Positions 17,340 to 26,257 of a stretch of 50,417 nt of DNA are shown here, one piece after another (positions within the stretch are counted from its first letter, which is position 1; each line of letters starts with the position of its first letter). The position numbers and the translations under genes were made by a program. The stretch spans positions 1 to 50,417 of the forward strand of contig CAZZIO010000072.1 in NCBI GenBank assembly GCA_964654465.1, in the 5' to 3' direction. The DNA comes from an uncultured Dictyoglomota bacterium (GTDB taxonomy: Bacteria; Dictyoglomota; Dictyoglomia; Dictyoglomales; Dictyoglomaceae). The notes under the pieces were generated by a model. The model was given only the letters and a program-made list of their open reading frames with translations. It made no database searches and had not been told where the DNA came from.

Positions 17340-18446
17340 ATGGAAAGAAAACAGGAAGTAAAAATAAAGTTAGAGAAAGTTAGAAAATTTATGGAAGAAA
17401 ATAAATTGTCAGCTATGCTCATTAAGAAACAACCAAATTTCTCATGGATAACAGCAGGTGGAGTAAATTTTGTAGGAATAGCAACAGAGATGGGAGTCAC
17501 ATCAGTATTAATTACTCGTAATGATCAATTTGTAATTGCTAATAAGATTGAGGCACGAAGAATGAAAGATGAAGAAGTAGGAGATATTGGCTTTGAAGTT
17601 CTTGAATATGAATGGTATGAAGACAAAGAGATGGAAATAGTAAGAAATATAGTCAAAAACGGAGAAATAGGATGTGATATAGTTCTTCCAGGCACACAAT
17701 TTGTAGAAAATTCCTTTAGAAAACTTCGCTTTGAGCTTACAGAGGGAGAAATAGAAAGGTATATATTCTTAGGAGAAAAATTATCAAGAATAGTAGAAGA
17801 AGTGCTGATGTATGAAACAAAACCTGGCGATACAGAATTAGAAGTAGCAGGAAAAATATCAGCCAAATTATGGAAAGAAGGAATAGAACCTACAGCTTTT
17901 ATGGTTTCCTCTGACGAAAGAATTAAAAATTATAGACATCCCATATCCAAAAACAAAAAAATAGAAAAATATGTTATGGCGTCAGTAAATGCTCGATACA
18001 AAGGTTTAATTGCCACTATTACCCGCATGGTATATTTTGGGAACTTACCAGAAAGTCTAAAGAAACAATATAGAGACAATGTAGAAATCGAATGCATTAT
18101 GATTGCTAAAACTAAGATTGGAGAAGAAATGAGAGTTCCAGTTTTAGCAGCTATAGAAGAGTATGAAAAAAGAGGATACAAAGATGAATGGAAACTACAT
18201 CACCAAGGAGGATGCATAGGTTATTATCCCAGAGAGATAAGAGTAACACCATCTACCCCAGATAGAATTTTAAAAAATCAGGCTTTTTGCTGGAATCCTT
18301 CTATTTCAGGTACTAAATCAGAAGATGGATTTATAGTAACAGAGAAAGGACTATTAATGATTACAAAACCAATTATTTTCCCCACTATAAATTTGGAAAT
18401 AGAGAGAATAAATTTTGTTAGACCGGATATTCTGGTAATATCGTAA
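17340..18446 (+). CDS. M24 (pita-bread fold) peptidase/creatinase-like protein lacking most metal ligands
   Basis: Creatinase-N-like N-domain; PGDTELEVA, YRHP, TITR, HHQGG, WNPS, KSED. Confidence 0.75.
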   Translation: MERKQEVKIKLEKVRKFMEENKLSAMLIKKQPNFSWITAGGVNFVGIATEMGVTSVLITRNDQFVIANKIEARRMKDEEVGDIGFEVLEYEWYEDKEMEIVRNIVKNGEIGCDIVLPGTQFVENSFRKLRFELTEGEIERYIFLGEKLSRIVEEVLMYETKPGDTELEVAGKISAKLWKEGIEPTAFMVSSDERIKNYRHPISKNKKIEKYVMASVNARYKGLIATITRMVYFGNLPESLKKQYRDNVEIECIMIAKTKIGEEMRVPVLAAIEEYEKRGYKDEWKLHHQGGCIGYYPREIRVTPSTPDRILKNQAFCWNPSISGTKSEDGFIVTEKGLLMITKPIIFPTINLEIERINFVRPDILVIS

Positions 18447-18458
18447 AGGAGGGGCCTT

Positions 18459-19637
18459 ATGGAAAAGGCAAGGATAGGACTTGTAGGTACAGGTTTTATA
18501 GCTAAAATTCATATAGCTGCATATAAAGAAATTGCTCCATATGCACAAATAGCAGGGATTTGTTCCAGAAAAAAAGAGAACGCAGAGAACTTTGCAAGAG
18601 AATATAATATTCCTAAAGTATTTGATAATTTTGAGGAATTATGTACTTCTCCTGATATAGATATAGTTGATATATGCACACCTACCAACCTACATGATGA
18701 AGTAATAATTTGTGCTGCTAAAAATAAAAAAAATGTGATATGCGAAAAACCTCTTACTGGGTATTTTGGAGAAGACAGTGAAAAGGAATTTGTCGGCATA
18801 GAAGTACCAAAGAGTCATATGTATAAAAAGGTATTAGAAAAAATAGAGAAAGTAGAAAAAGCCATTAAAGAAAATAATATAAAGTTTATGTACGGTGAAA
18901 ATTTAATATACGCTCCCTCTATTGAGAAAATGAAAAGAATGATATCAGCTTCTTCCTCTACTATCTTAGAAATTCGGGCAGAATGTAGCCATTCTGGCTC
19001 TCATGCAAGTTATGCTAAGCTCTGGAGAACATCAGGCGGAGGAAGCCTGATGAGACTTGGGTCTCATCCTGTAGCTGTTGTTCTTCATTTAAAATATTAT
19101 GAGGGAATCCAAAGATATGGAAAACCTATTAAAGCAAAATCTGTGTTAGCAGAGATAGGAAATCTTACCAAGATAGAACCTTTTATAAGAGAAGAAAAGC
19201 ACTACGTAGCAACTGCCTGGGAAGATGTAGAGGACTGGTCAATCCTTATAATCAATTTTGAGGATGGAACAAAAGGAATTATATTCTCCAATGATATTAG
19301 TTTGGGAGGTCTAAAAAATTGGATTCAAGTATCTCTATCCAAAGGTCAGATATATGCAAATATAAATCCAAACAATATGATGGTAGCCTACGCTCCTGAA
19401 AAGGAAATTTGGAAAGATGAATATATTGCTGAAAAAATAGAAACAAAAGAAGGCTGGAATTTTCCATCCCCTGATGATTTCTGGACCAGAGGCTTTCCTC
19501 AAGAATTAAAGGACTTTGCTATATCAGTAATAGAAGATAAAGAACCTATATCAAATTTTGAACTTGCTAAGGAAACTATAAAAGTAATATATGCAGGATA
19601 TCTATCAAGTGAAGAAGGAAGAAAAATAGAGCTTTAA
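18459..19637 (+). CDS. Gfo/Idh/MocA family NAD(P)-dependent oxidoreductase
   Basis: GLVGTGFIA, ICTP, CEKP, SGGGSL..LGSHP, VED. Confidence 0.9.
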   Translation: MEKARIGLVGTGFIAKIHIAAYKEIAPYAQIAGICSRKKENAENFAREYNIPKVFDNFEELCTSPDIDIVDICTPTNLHDEVIICAAKNKKNVICEKPLTGYFGEDSEKEFVGIEVPKSHMYKKVLEKIEKVEKAIKENNIKFMYGENLIYAPSIEKMKRMISASSSTILEIRAECSHSGSHASYAKLWRTSGGGSLMRLGSHPVAVVLHLKYYEGIQRYGKPIKAKSVLAEIGNLTKIEPFIREEKHYVATAWEDVEDWSILIINFEDGTKGIIFSNDISLGGLKNWIQVSLSKGQIYANINPNNMMVAYAPEKEIWKDEYIAEKIETKEGWNFPSPDDFWTRGFPQELKDFAISVIEDKEPISNFELAKETIKVIYAGYLSSEEGRKIEL

Positions 19638-19642
19638 AAAAT

Positions 19643-19680
19643 AAGGCTGGGAAGAAATCAAGAATGTTCTTCCCAGCCTT
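19643..19680 (+). terminator. Hairpin (terminator or stabiliser) between the oxidoreductase and dctP
   Basis: AAGGCTGGGAAGAA-10 nt-TTCTTCCCAGCCTT, no T-tail on the + strand. Confidence 0.6.
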
Positions 19681-19705
19681 AAAATAAATAATAGGGGGGT
19701 TCTAT

Positions 19706-20683
19706 ATGAAGAAATATTTTATCTTAATTTTAACCCTTTGTGTAGTATTTGCCATAAACAATATCAATGCTCAAAACATTACTACTATAAAAGCAGCTAC
19801 ACCTTTCCCCAAGGGACATATCATAACTGATGCTATGGAAAACTTTAAGTCTATAATTGAAGCAGAAACAAAAGGAAGAATAAGAATAGAACTACAAATT
19901 GCCCAAGATACAGAAGAAGGCGTAAATGACAAATGTGCAAAAGGAGAAGTCGACATGCAATTCACTGGTGGCAGAGCCTTAGAAGTATTTGCTCCACAAT
20001 ACTTCTTTATAAATGCTCCCTTTGTTTTAAAAGATTACGAACATTTCTTCCGCCTAATGAAAGGACCAATTGGAGAAAAAGCTAAAGCAGAGATCTTAAC
20101 AAAAGGTAAAATGTATACTCTTGGATATCTATATCGAGGCTATAGACAAATGACCTCTAACAAACCAATACTTGGACTAAAAGACTTAGAAGGGCTAAAA
20201 CTCAGACTTCCTGTAGTACCAACTTGGATTAAAGTTTGGGAAGCCCTTGGCACTAAGCCAGTCCCTGTACCTCTCACAGGATTATATCAAGCCCTAAAAG
20301 AAGGGACAGCTGAAGCTTCTGAAGGTGATCTTACTCAGATATCTGGATATAAATTATACGAAGTACAAAAATATCTCATAATCACAAATCACCTTGTTTC
20401 CTTCGGATGGGTACACATGTATAAACCAACCTTTGATAGGCTAACCCTTTCAGATCAACAATTATTTAGAGAAACAGTTGAAAAGGTATGTGACCAAGCC
20501 ACTAAAAAACTCTTTGAAAACGAAAATAACATACTAAAGTCTCTTATAGAAAATGGTATGACAGTGATCTATTTAGATTCTAAAACAATGCAACAAATAA
20601 GAGAAAAAGCAAAACCAGCTGTTGAAGAGCTCTTTAAAACAACATGGCCTGTAACAACATGGGAAGAAGTCTTAAAACAATAA
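19706..20683 (+). CDS. dctP: TRAP transporter substrate-binding protein (DctP family)
   Basis: Signal peptide; GYRQMTSNKPI, DLEGLKLR, LYQAL, LYEVQKYL. Confidence 0.88.
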   Translation: MKKYFILILTLCVVFAINNINAQNITTIKAATPFPKGHIITDAMENFKSIIEAETKGRIRIELQIAQDTEEGVNDKCAKGEVDMQFTGGRALEVFAPQYFFINAPFVLKDYEHFFRLMKGPIGEKAKAEILTKGKMYTLGYLYRGYRQMTSNKPILGLKDLEGLKLRLPVVPTWIKVWEALGTKPVPVPLTGLYQALKEGTAEASEGDLTQISGYKLYEVQKYLIITNHLVSFGWVHMYKPTFDRLTLSDQQLFRETVEKVCDQATKKLFENENNILKSLIENGMTVIYLDSKTMQQIREKAKPAVEELFKTTWPVTTWEEVLKQ

Positions 20684-20713
20684 AAGAAAGCCATTGAAAA
20701 TTATGGAAAATTT

Positions 20714-20742
20714 AAAGAGGCTGGCATATGTCAGCCTCTTTT
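20714..20742 (+). terminator. Rho-independent terminator
   Basis: AAAGAGGCTGGCA-ta-TGTCAGCCTCTTTT. Confidence 0.75.
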
Positions 20743-20766
20743 ATAAATAAAAAAGAAGGTGAGCTT

Positions 20767-22206
20767 ATGGGACTTAAAGGAGATATCTCAACAATGTCCA
20801 TGTGGGAAATATTCCAGTTAATCTCCATTAGCAAAAAAAACGGCAAACTTCAATTAGAATACAATGAGAATCTGGCAGAAGTTTATTTTTCAGAGGGAAA
20901 AATAGTTTATGCAAAGTCTGGAAAATTAGAAGGTATAGATGCCCTAATAGATATATTCTTATGGTCAAAAGGAAATTTTAATTTTTTACAGAACATCAAC
21001 CCACCCAAATCTACCATGACATTAGATATTTTTGAAGTTTTATTTCAACTGGATACATATGTGGATAAAATGAATTATTTCTCTGATTTTATTTTAGTAC
21101 CGATAAATATGGAGGATTTATCTGAAGAAGAATACAAAATTGTTTCTATTCTTGATGGAATAAAAAACGTTAAGGAAATTATAGGAGAATACAAAGGAAT
21201 AAAAACAGAAGGATTAGAAAACATAATAAAGCTCAATAAAGACAAAAAGATCATAAGAATTACTGATGATACTAATATCTTCTGGTTTTATCTCTTTTGT
21301 CGTATATGGGATTATTTAATAAAAGAATCCAATAAACTAAAAATTAATGAACAAAAATTAAGAGATTTTGCCAGAAAATTTATAGATAGAAGTGGATCAT
21401 ATCTTAAAGAGATTTTTAAGGAGATAATTTCACCTTATAATATCTCCCCTCTTCATTTTTATAAATACATTAAAGAGGAAACTATCAACCAAGAAGATAT
21501 AGAAAATGTTTATGAAAACTTGATTTATGATGAAAAGATTCCTTGGGACCATATCTATAAAACTATAAAAGATTTTTCTCACAAAGCCATACAAGATTTT
21601 GTAAAAGACTTTCTGATAAAACTCTTTTCCATAGAAGAACCTTTATACAAAAAATATCTTGACTTAAATACAAATCACTTATATCAAAACTTTAGTGACA
21701 ATCAACTAAGAGACCTATACATATATAATGGAGAGATATCTTCTTTGGAGGAAGAAATCCTTTCATGGTTTTTGAATGGTAATAGAAATTTAGAAACTTT
21801 TGTAAGAGATTTTATCTTTGACGAGAAAAAGAACCTAATTATTTTCAGCAAACTAATAGATGAAGGTAAAATTATTTCTATATTTGGAAAAGAAAAGTCG
21901 ACAATTATACATAAATTTATTGAACTTTGGAAAGATATTAAAAATGAATACAAAAATAATAGTAAATATATAGAAATTTACAAAAAAGTGCGAGAGTTTA
22001 TAGATAAAGATTCAAGAGATACAAGATTTATAGTAGAAAAGATTATAGAAGACTATCCCATCAATTGGAGGTATATCTTAAATAAACTTACATTAATTTC
22101 AGAGGAAGAAGTGAAATTGTTTACATATGATATTTTATCTTTATTTGAAGTAAGTAATAATCCCAAATTAAAAGATAAGATATCGACTCTTAAAGCTTCC
22201 CTATAA
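20767..22206 (+). CDS. DUF4388 (PATAN-like) domain protein
   Basis: N-terminal LKGDISTMSMWEIFQLI...K.G.L...VYFSEGKIVYA...W.KGNFNF; ATG 20767 after GAAGGTGA. Confidence 0.75.
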   Translation: MGLKGDISTMSMWEIFQLISISKKNGKLQLEYNENLAEVYFSEGKIVYAKSGKLEGIDALIDIFLWSKGNFNFLQNINPPKSTMTLDIFEVLFQLDTYVDKMNYFSDFILVPINMEDLSEEEYKIVSILDGIKNVKEIIGEYKGIKTEGLENIIKLNKDKKIIRITDDTNIFWFYLFCRIWDYLIKESNKLKINEQKLRDFARKFIDRSGSYLKEIFKEIISPYNISPLHFYKYIKEETINQEDIENVYENLIYDEKIPWDHIYKTIKDFSHKAIQDFVKDFLIKLFSIEEPLYKKYLDLNTNHLYQNFSDNQLRDLYIYNGEISSLEEEILSWFLNGNRNLETFVRDFIFDEKKNLIIFSKLIDEGKIISIFGKEKSTIIHKFIELWKDIKNEYKNNSKYIEIYKKVREFIDKDSRDTRFIVEKIIEDYPINWRYILNKLTLISEEEVKLFTYDILSLFEVSNNPKLKDKISTLKASL

Positions 22207-22213
22207 TAGTAAT

Positions 22214-22245
22214 AAATAAGGGAAGCCCGAAGGCTTCCCTTATTT
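22214..22245. terminator. Bidirectional terminator
   Basis: AAATAAGGGAAGCC-cgaa-GGCTTCCCTTATTT. Confidence 0.85.
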
Positions 22246-22272
22246 TGATACGGTAATGGGGGTAGGTGACCT

Positions 22273-22431
22273 CTATACAATCCTTGATGTTAAATAGTTT
22301 ACTACAGGAGATTCAATTATTAAATACTCAACTTCTAAATTTTTTACATTTCTTTCTTCCTTCTTTATAGTCTTTATCTCTTTTTCACTTAATGTTGGAA
22401 TTATATTAACCTGTTTAAGGATTGCTTTCAT
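22273..22431 (-). CDS. Small hypothetical protein (52 aa), absent from the ORF track
   Basis: SD AAGGAGG then ATG; MKAILKQVNIIPTLSEKEIKTIKKEERNVKNLEVEYLIIESPVVNYLTSRIV*; TATAAT upstream, terminator downstream. Confidence 0.7.
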   Translation of the reverse strand: MKAILKQVNIIPTLSEKEIKTIKKEERNVKNLEVEYLIIESPVVNYLTSRIV

Positions 22432-22661
22432 TTAGCATCCCTCCTTTTTCATTGTTTTCGAGTACTATTATAATTTACCCGTGTTAATATAAATTTAAAA
22501 GTTAATTAAATTTATTTTAGACAATTTAAAGAATTGTTTAAATTTAATCTTGTTAAACATTATTTAACACTTATTTACCTCTTTTTCAAAAGAATTTAAC
22601 ATCTTTTAAATCATATATAAAGATAATTATCTATAAAAATATCTTAAGGAGGTAATTTAAA

Positions 22662-24488
22662 ATGAAAAAATTTCTTATCCTCATTATATTAATTCTATTA
22701 TCCTCAACAGGTTATTGTAATAATAGTTTCTTAATAGGAACATTAAACCATATATCTGGAATTGAATATGAGTCTGTAACCCAAAAAGGCATCACAGATA
22801 CATATGGACATTTTAAATATATACAAGGAGAAAAAATAACTTTTAAAATTGGAAACTTAATAATTGGTGAGACTATAGGAAAAGACAATATAACATTATT
22901 AGACTTAATACCAAACAGTATTGATAAAAATAATTACCCCTCAATAAAAACTATAAAAACATCAATTCTCCTTTATTCATTAGATGAAGATAATGATCCT
23001 ACAAATGGTATTCAAATAACAGAATGGCTTAGAAACAAATTTAACAATATAACACAAACTCAAATAAACGATGATACTGATTTAGACGATTTAATTAAGA
23101 AATTGGATATAAAAATAGATCTTATAGACCCAAAAATAGCTTTAGAAAATCTATTAAGTAGTTTGTCAGAAATCTATGGTACATATAATGTAAAATACAC
23201 GGATGGTCCTATTTCTGAAATTCATATAAAAATAGTAAACACAAATGATTATGATATTCCATTCACTATTGATACAAACACACATAATATTCCAATTTCC
23301 ATCGGTTCAGGACTTTGTTTAAAATTTTACAATAACAATAAAATCATATTCTATGCATTAACCGATAGAGGCCCTAATACCCCAGGTCCAAGTGGAACAC
23401 AAAATGATCCTGCGGTTAAAACTACCAATAATACTTTCATTCAGTCTGTAGTTTTTCCTGTACCAGAATTTACACCACAAATATTAGAAATAGAGATTAC
23501 TGACAAACATGCTAAAATTACAAAAAGCATTCCTATAAAGAATATTAAAGGAGAGTATACCTCTGGAAGACCTATACCTCCGGGAGAAATAGGTTCTACT
23601 CTTGAAGCACCTTTAAGCACTGATCTAAGTAAATTATTAGATTTTGATCCAAACGGTATTGATCCAGAAGGAATCGCTATTGATAAAGATGGCAATTTCT
23701 GGATAGCTGATGAGTATGGGCCTTTTATTTTAAAAGTAGATTCATCCGGGAAAATTATTAAAAAATATTCTCCAGGACTAAATTTACCCCATATGCTAAC
23801 AAATAGAATTCCTAATAGAGGATTTGAAGGTATTACGATAGATCCTAATACAGGTTTAGTTTATGCAATAATGCAAACCCCCTTAAAAGGAAATGATAGT
23901 TATATCTGTTTAGTAGAACTTGATCCTAACACTGATGAAGTCAATCTTTATGCAATTCCTTTTGAAAATATATTTAAACCAAATCAAGTTAAAATAGGTG
24001 ATATTGTATCCTTAGGTGACGGTCAATTTTTGATAATTGAGAGAGATAAAGTTGTATACATTGTAAAAGTAGACATCTCTTGTGCAACCAAAATCACTAA
24101 AGATATGTACGAAAGTAAGCAACAATTAAGAGAGATTGAAAATATAACTCCTGCTAAAACCAAAATAATCGTAAATTTAGCAGAATATGGCTTCCCTTTA
24201 AAAGCAGAAGGTTTAACAGTAATTGATGAAAAAACATTTGCAATAACTAACGATAATGATTTTGGGATATCAGCTATCTCCTTTTGTACTCTAAACGGAG
24301 AAAAGATTTACTTAGATCCTGCTAAATTAAGATTAGAGTTTACAAACAATTCACCAATAATAAAAACTATTGAGAGAAATGATTATGATAAAAATAGTAT
24401 TAAATACACTATAACAAAAGGTTCTCCTGTAGATAAAAGATCAAGATTATGGATAGTTAAACTTACTAAACCAATAAAAGAATTTTAA
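22662..24488 (+). CDS. Secreted phytase-like esterase family protein with an extra N-terminal domain
   Basis: Signal peptide; TDRGPN, DPEGI, DEYGP, NRGFEG, KAEGL, NDNDFG. Confidence 0.82.
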   Translation: MKKFLILIILILLSSTGYCNNSFLIGTLNHISGIEYESVTQKGITDTYGHFKYIQGEKITFKIGNLIIGETIGKDNITLLDLIPNSIDKNNYPSIKTIKTSILLYSLDEDNDPTNGIQITEWLRNKFNNITQTQINDDTDLDDLIKKLDIKIDLIDPKIALENLLSSLSEIYGTYNVKYTDGPISEIHIKIVNTNDYDIPFTIDTNTHNIPISIGSGLCLKFYNNNKIIFYALTDRGPNTPGPSGTQNDPAVKTTNNTFIQSVVFPVPEFTPQILEIEITDKHAKITKSIPIKNIKGEYTSGRPIPPGEIGSTLEAPLSTDLSKLLDFDPNGIDPEGIAIDKDGNFWIADEYGPFILKVDSSGKIIKKYSPGLNLPHMLTNRIPNRGFEGITIDPNTGLVYAIMQTPLKGNDSYICLVELDPNTDEVNLYAIPFENIFKPNQVKIGDIVSLGDGQFLIIERDKVVYIVKVDISCATKITKDMYESKQQLREIENITPAKTKIIVNLAEYGFPLKAEGLTVIDEKTFAITNDNDFGISAISFCTLNGEKIYLDPAKLRLEFTNNSPIIKTIERNDYDKNSIKYTITKGSPVDKRSRLWIVKLTKPIKEF

Positions 24489-24558
24489 AATCCTTATACA
24501 AAAAATATAAACATAATATAAGGCAATAGCTTTCCTTTGTATGTTTTAAAAATCAGTA

Positions 24559-24588
24559 TTGACAATATAATTATATAAATGTTAGAAT
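24559..24588 (+). promoter_or_regulatory. Sigma70-type promoter upstream of the glutamate synthase gene
   Basis: TTGACA-18 bp-TAGAAT with TG extension. Confidence 0.55.
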
Positions 24589-24633
24589 TCCTAAAATAAA
24601 TTTTTGAAAATTACTAAGGGAGGTGCATAATTT

Positions 24634-26202
24634 ATGTCCTTTTCAAAACCTAACTTTTCAGAAGCTACCTTAACCCGCCTACGCTTAAAAGATTACTCTC
24701 CATTTAGTGGAATGTGTGTCACCTGTTTGGATGGATGTCCTGGATATTGTGAAATTGCAAAATCAGCTGTAAGAGGAAGAGAATATATTTATCCAAAGCC
24801 TTACGGTAAAGTAACATCAGCCTCCGAAAAAGACTACCCAATAGATTTTTCCCACTTCAATATCAATGGTACCTGTGTCGGAGCTCAAGGAGTAGAACCA
24901 GATCCTGATAAAGCAACTTTTCCTGCAGTAGACATAGAAACAAAAATAGGTAACATTAAATTAAGAGGTCCATGGTTTACTACAGGTCTCGGATCTACCT
25001 TCATCGCAAGAGATAACTGGGAAGGCGTCGCTATTGGATCTGCCCTCTTCGGTACAATGGTAGGAGTCGGTGAAAATGTATGTGGTGTAGATCCAGATGC
25101 TGAATTCAAGAATGGAAAAGTTGTAAGATCTCCTGAAATGGAAAGAAGAATTAAATTATTTAAAGAATGGCAAAAAGATGGTTATGGTGGAGTTATAGTT
25201 CAAGAAAATGTAGAAGATTCAAGACTTGGTACATTGGAATATGTGATTGAAAGTTTAGGAATAGAATTTGTAGAGATAAAATGGGGACAAGGAGCAAAAG
25301 ATATAGGAGGAGAAATAAAACTCTCTGATATTAAGAGAGCAAAACAGTTAAAAGATAGAGGATATATTGTTTTCCCTGATCCAGATGATCCTGTAATTCA
25401 AGAGTTATTTGCAAAGGGTGGAATTAAGGAGTTTGAAAGACATTCAAGACTTGGTATGGCATCAGTAGAGGGATTTGTAAAAAGAGCAGATGAACTCAGA
25501 AAAAGAGGAGCCAAATATATATCATTAAAGACAGGAGCTTATAGACCAAAAGATCTTGCCCTTGCTTTGAGAGCAGCATCTGAAGGTAAGGCAGATTTAC
25601 TAATTGTAGATGGCGCTGGCGGTGGAACTGGAATGAGTCCATGGAGAATGATGAATGAATGGGGTATTCCTACCGTCTACTTGGAAGCTTTAACCTACAA
25701 ATATGCAAAGATGTTAGCAGAAAAAGGGAAACATGTACCTGCAATAGCAATAGCTGGTGGATTTACCTTAGAAGATCACATCTTTAAAGGTCTTGCATTA
25801 GGAGCTCCATATGTAAAGCTTGTGGCTATGGGAAGAGCCACACTTACTGCAGCTATGGTAGGAAAAACTCTTGGAAACTTAATTAAGAGTGGAAATATAC
25901 CAAAAGATTATGCAGAGTATGGTAATGATGTAGAAGAAATCTTTGTAGCAGTTGCAGAAATGAAAAAACTCTTTGGAGAAGATTGGAAAAAGATTCCACC
26001 AGCAGCCCTTGCAGTTTATGGATATTTTGATAGATTAGCTGTCGGCTTAAAACAATTTATGGCAGGAGCAAGAAAATTTAAGCTTGAATTTATCTCAAGA
26101 GATGATATTGTAGCTCTTACAAAAGAAGCTGCGGAAGTTACAGGTATAACCTATGTAATGGATCTTGATCACGATGAAAGTATGAAAATCTTATTCGATT
26201 AA
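24634..26202 (+). CDS. Stand-alone FMN-binding glutamate synthase family protein (GltB2-like)
   Basis: EIKWGQGAK, VDGAGGGTG, IAGG, GLALGA, MGR; N-terminal CxxCxxxCxxxC. Confidence 0.85.
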   Translation: MSFSKPNFSEATLTRLRLKDYSPFSGMCVTCLDGCPGYCEIAKSAVRGREYIYPKPYGKVTSASEKDYPIDFSHFNINGTCVGAQGVEPDPDKATFPAVDIETKIGNIKLRGPWFTTGLGSTFIARDNWEGVAIGSALFGTMVGVGENVCGVDPDAEFKNGKVVRSPEMERRIKLFKEWQKDGYGGVIVQENVEDSRLGTLEYVIESLGIEFVEIKWGQGAKDIGGEIKLSDIKRAKQLKDRGYIVFPDPDDPVIQELFAKGGIKEFERHSRLGMASVEGFVKRADELRKRGAKYISLKTGAYRPKDLALALRAASEGKADLLIVDGAGGGTGMSPWRMMNEWGIPTVYLEALTYKYAKMLAEKGKHVPAIAIAGGFTLEDHIFKGLALGAPYVKLVAMGRATLTAAMVGKTLGNLIKSGNIPKDYAEYGNDVEEIFVAVAEMKKLFGEDWKKIPPAALAVYGYFDRLAVGLKQFMAGARKFKLEFISRDDIVALTKEAAEVTGITYVMDLDHDESMKILFD

Positions 26203-26216
26203 GAAATAAGAAAATA

Positions 26217-26257
26217 AAGAGGGGATAGGGATAATTTTTTAATCCTTATCCCCTCTT
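26217..26257. terminator. Bidirectional terminator at the convergence of the + and - gene blocks
   Basis: AAGAGGGGATAGGGAT...ATCCTTATCCCCTCTT. Confidence 0.8.

Noticed and set aside
22053-22280. 75-aa minus-strand ORF spanning the terminator
   Set aside because: Crosses a terminator hairpin, overlaps the DUF4388 gene and has no SD; the 52-aa ORF upstream is better supported
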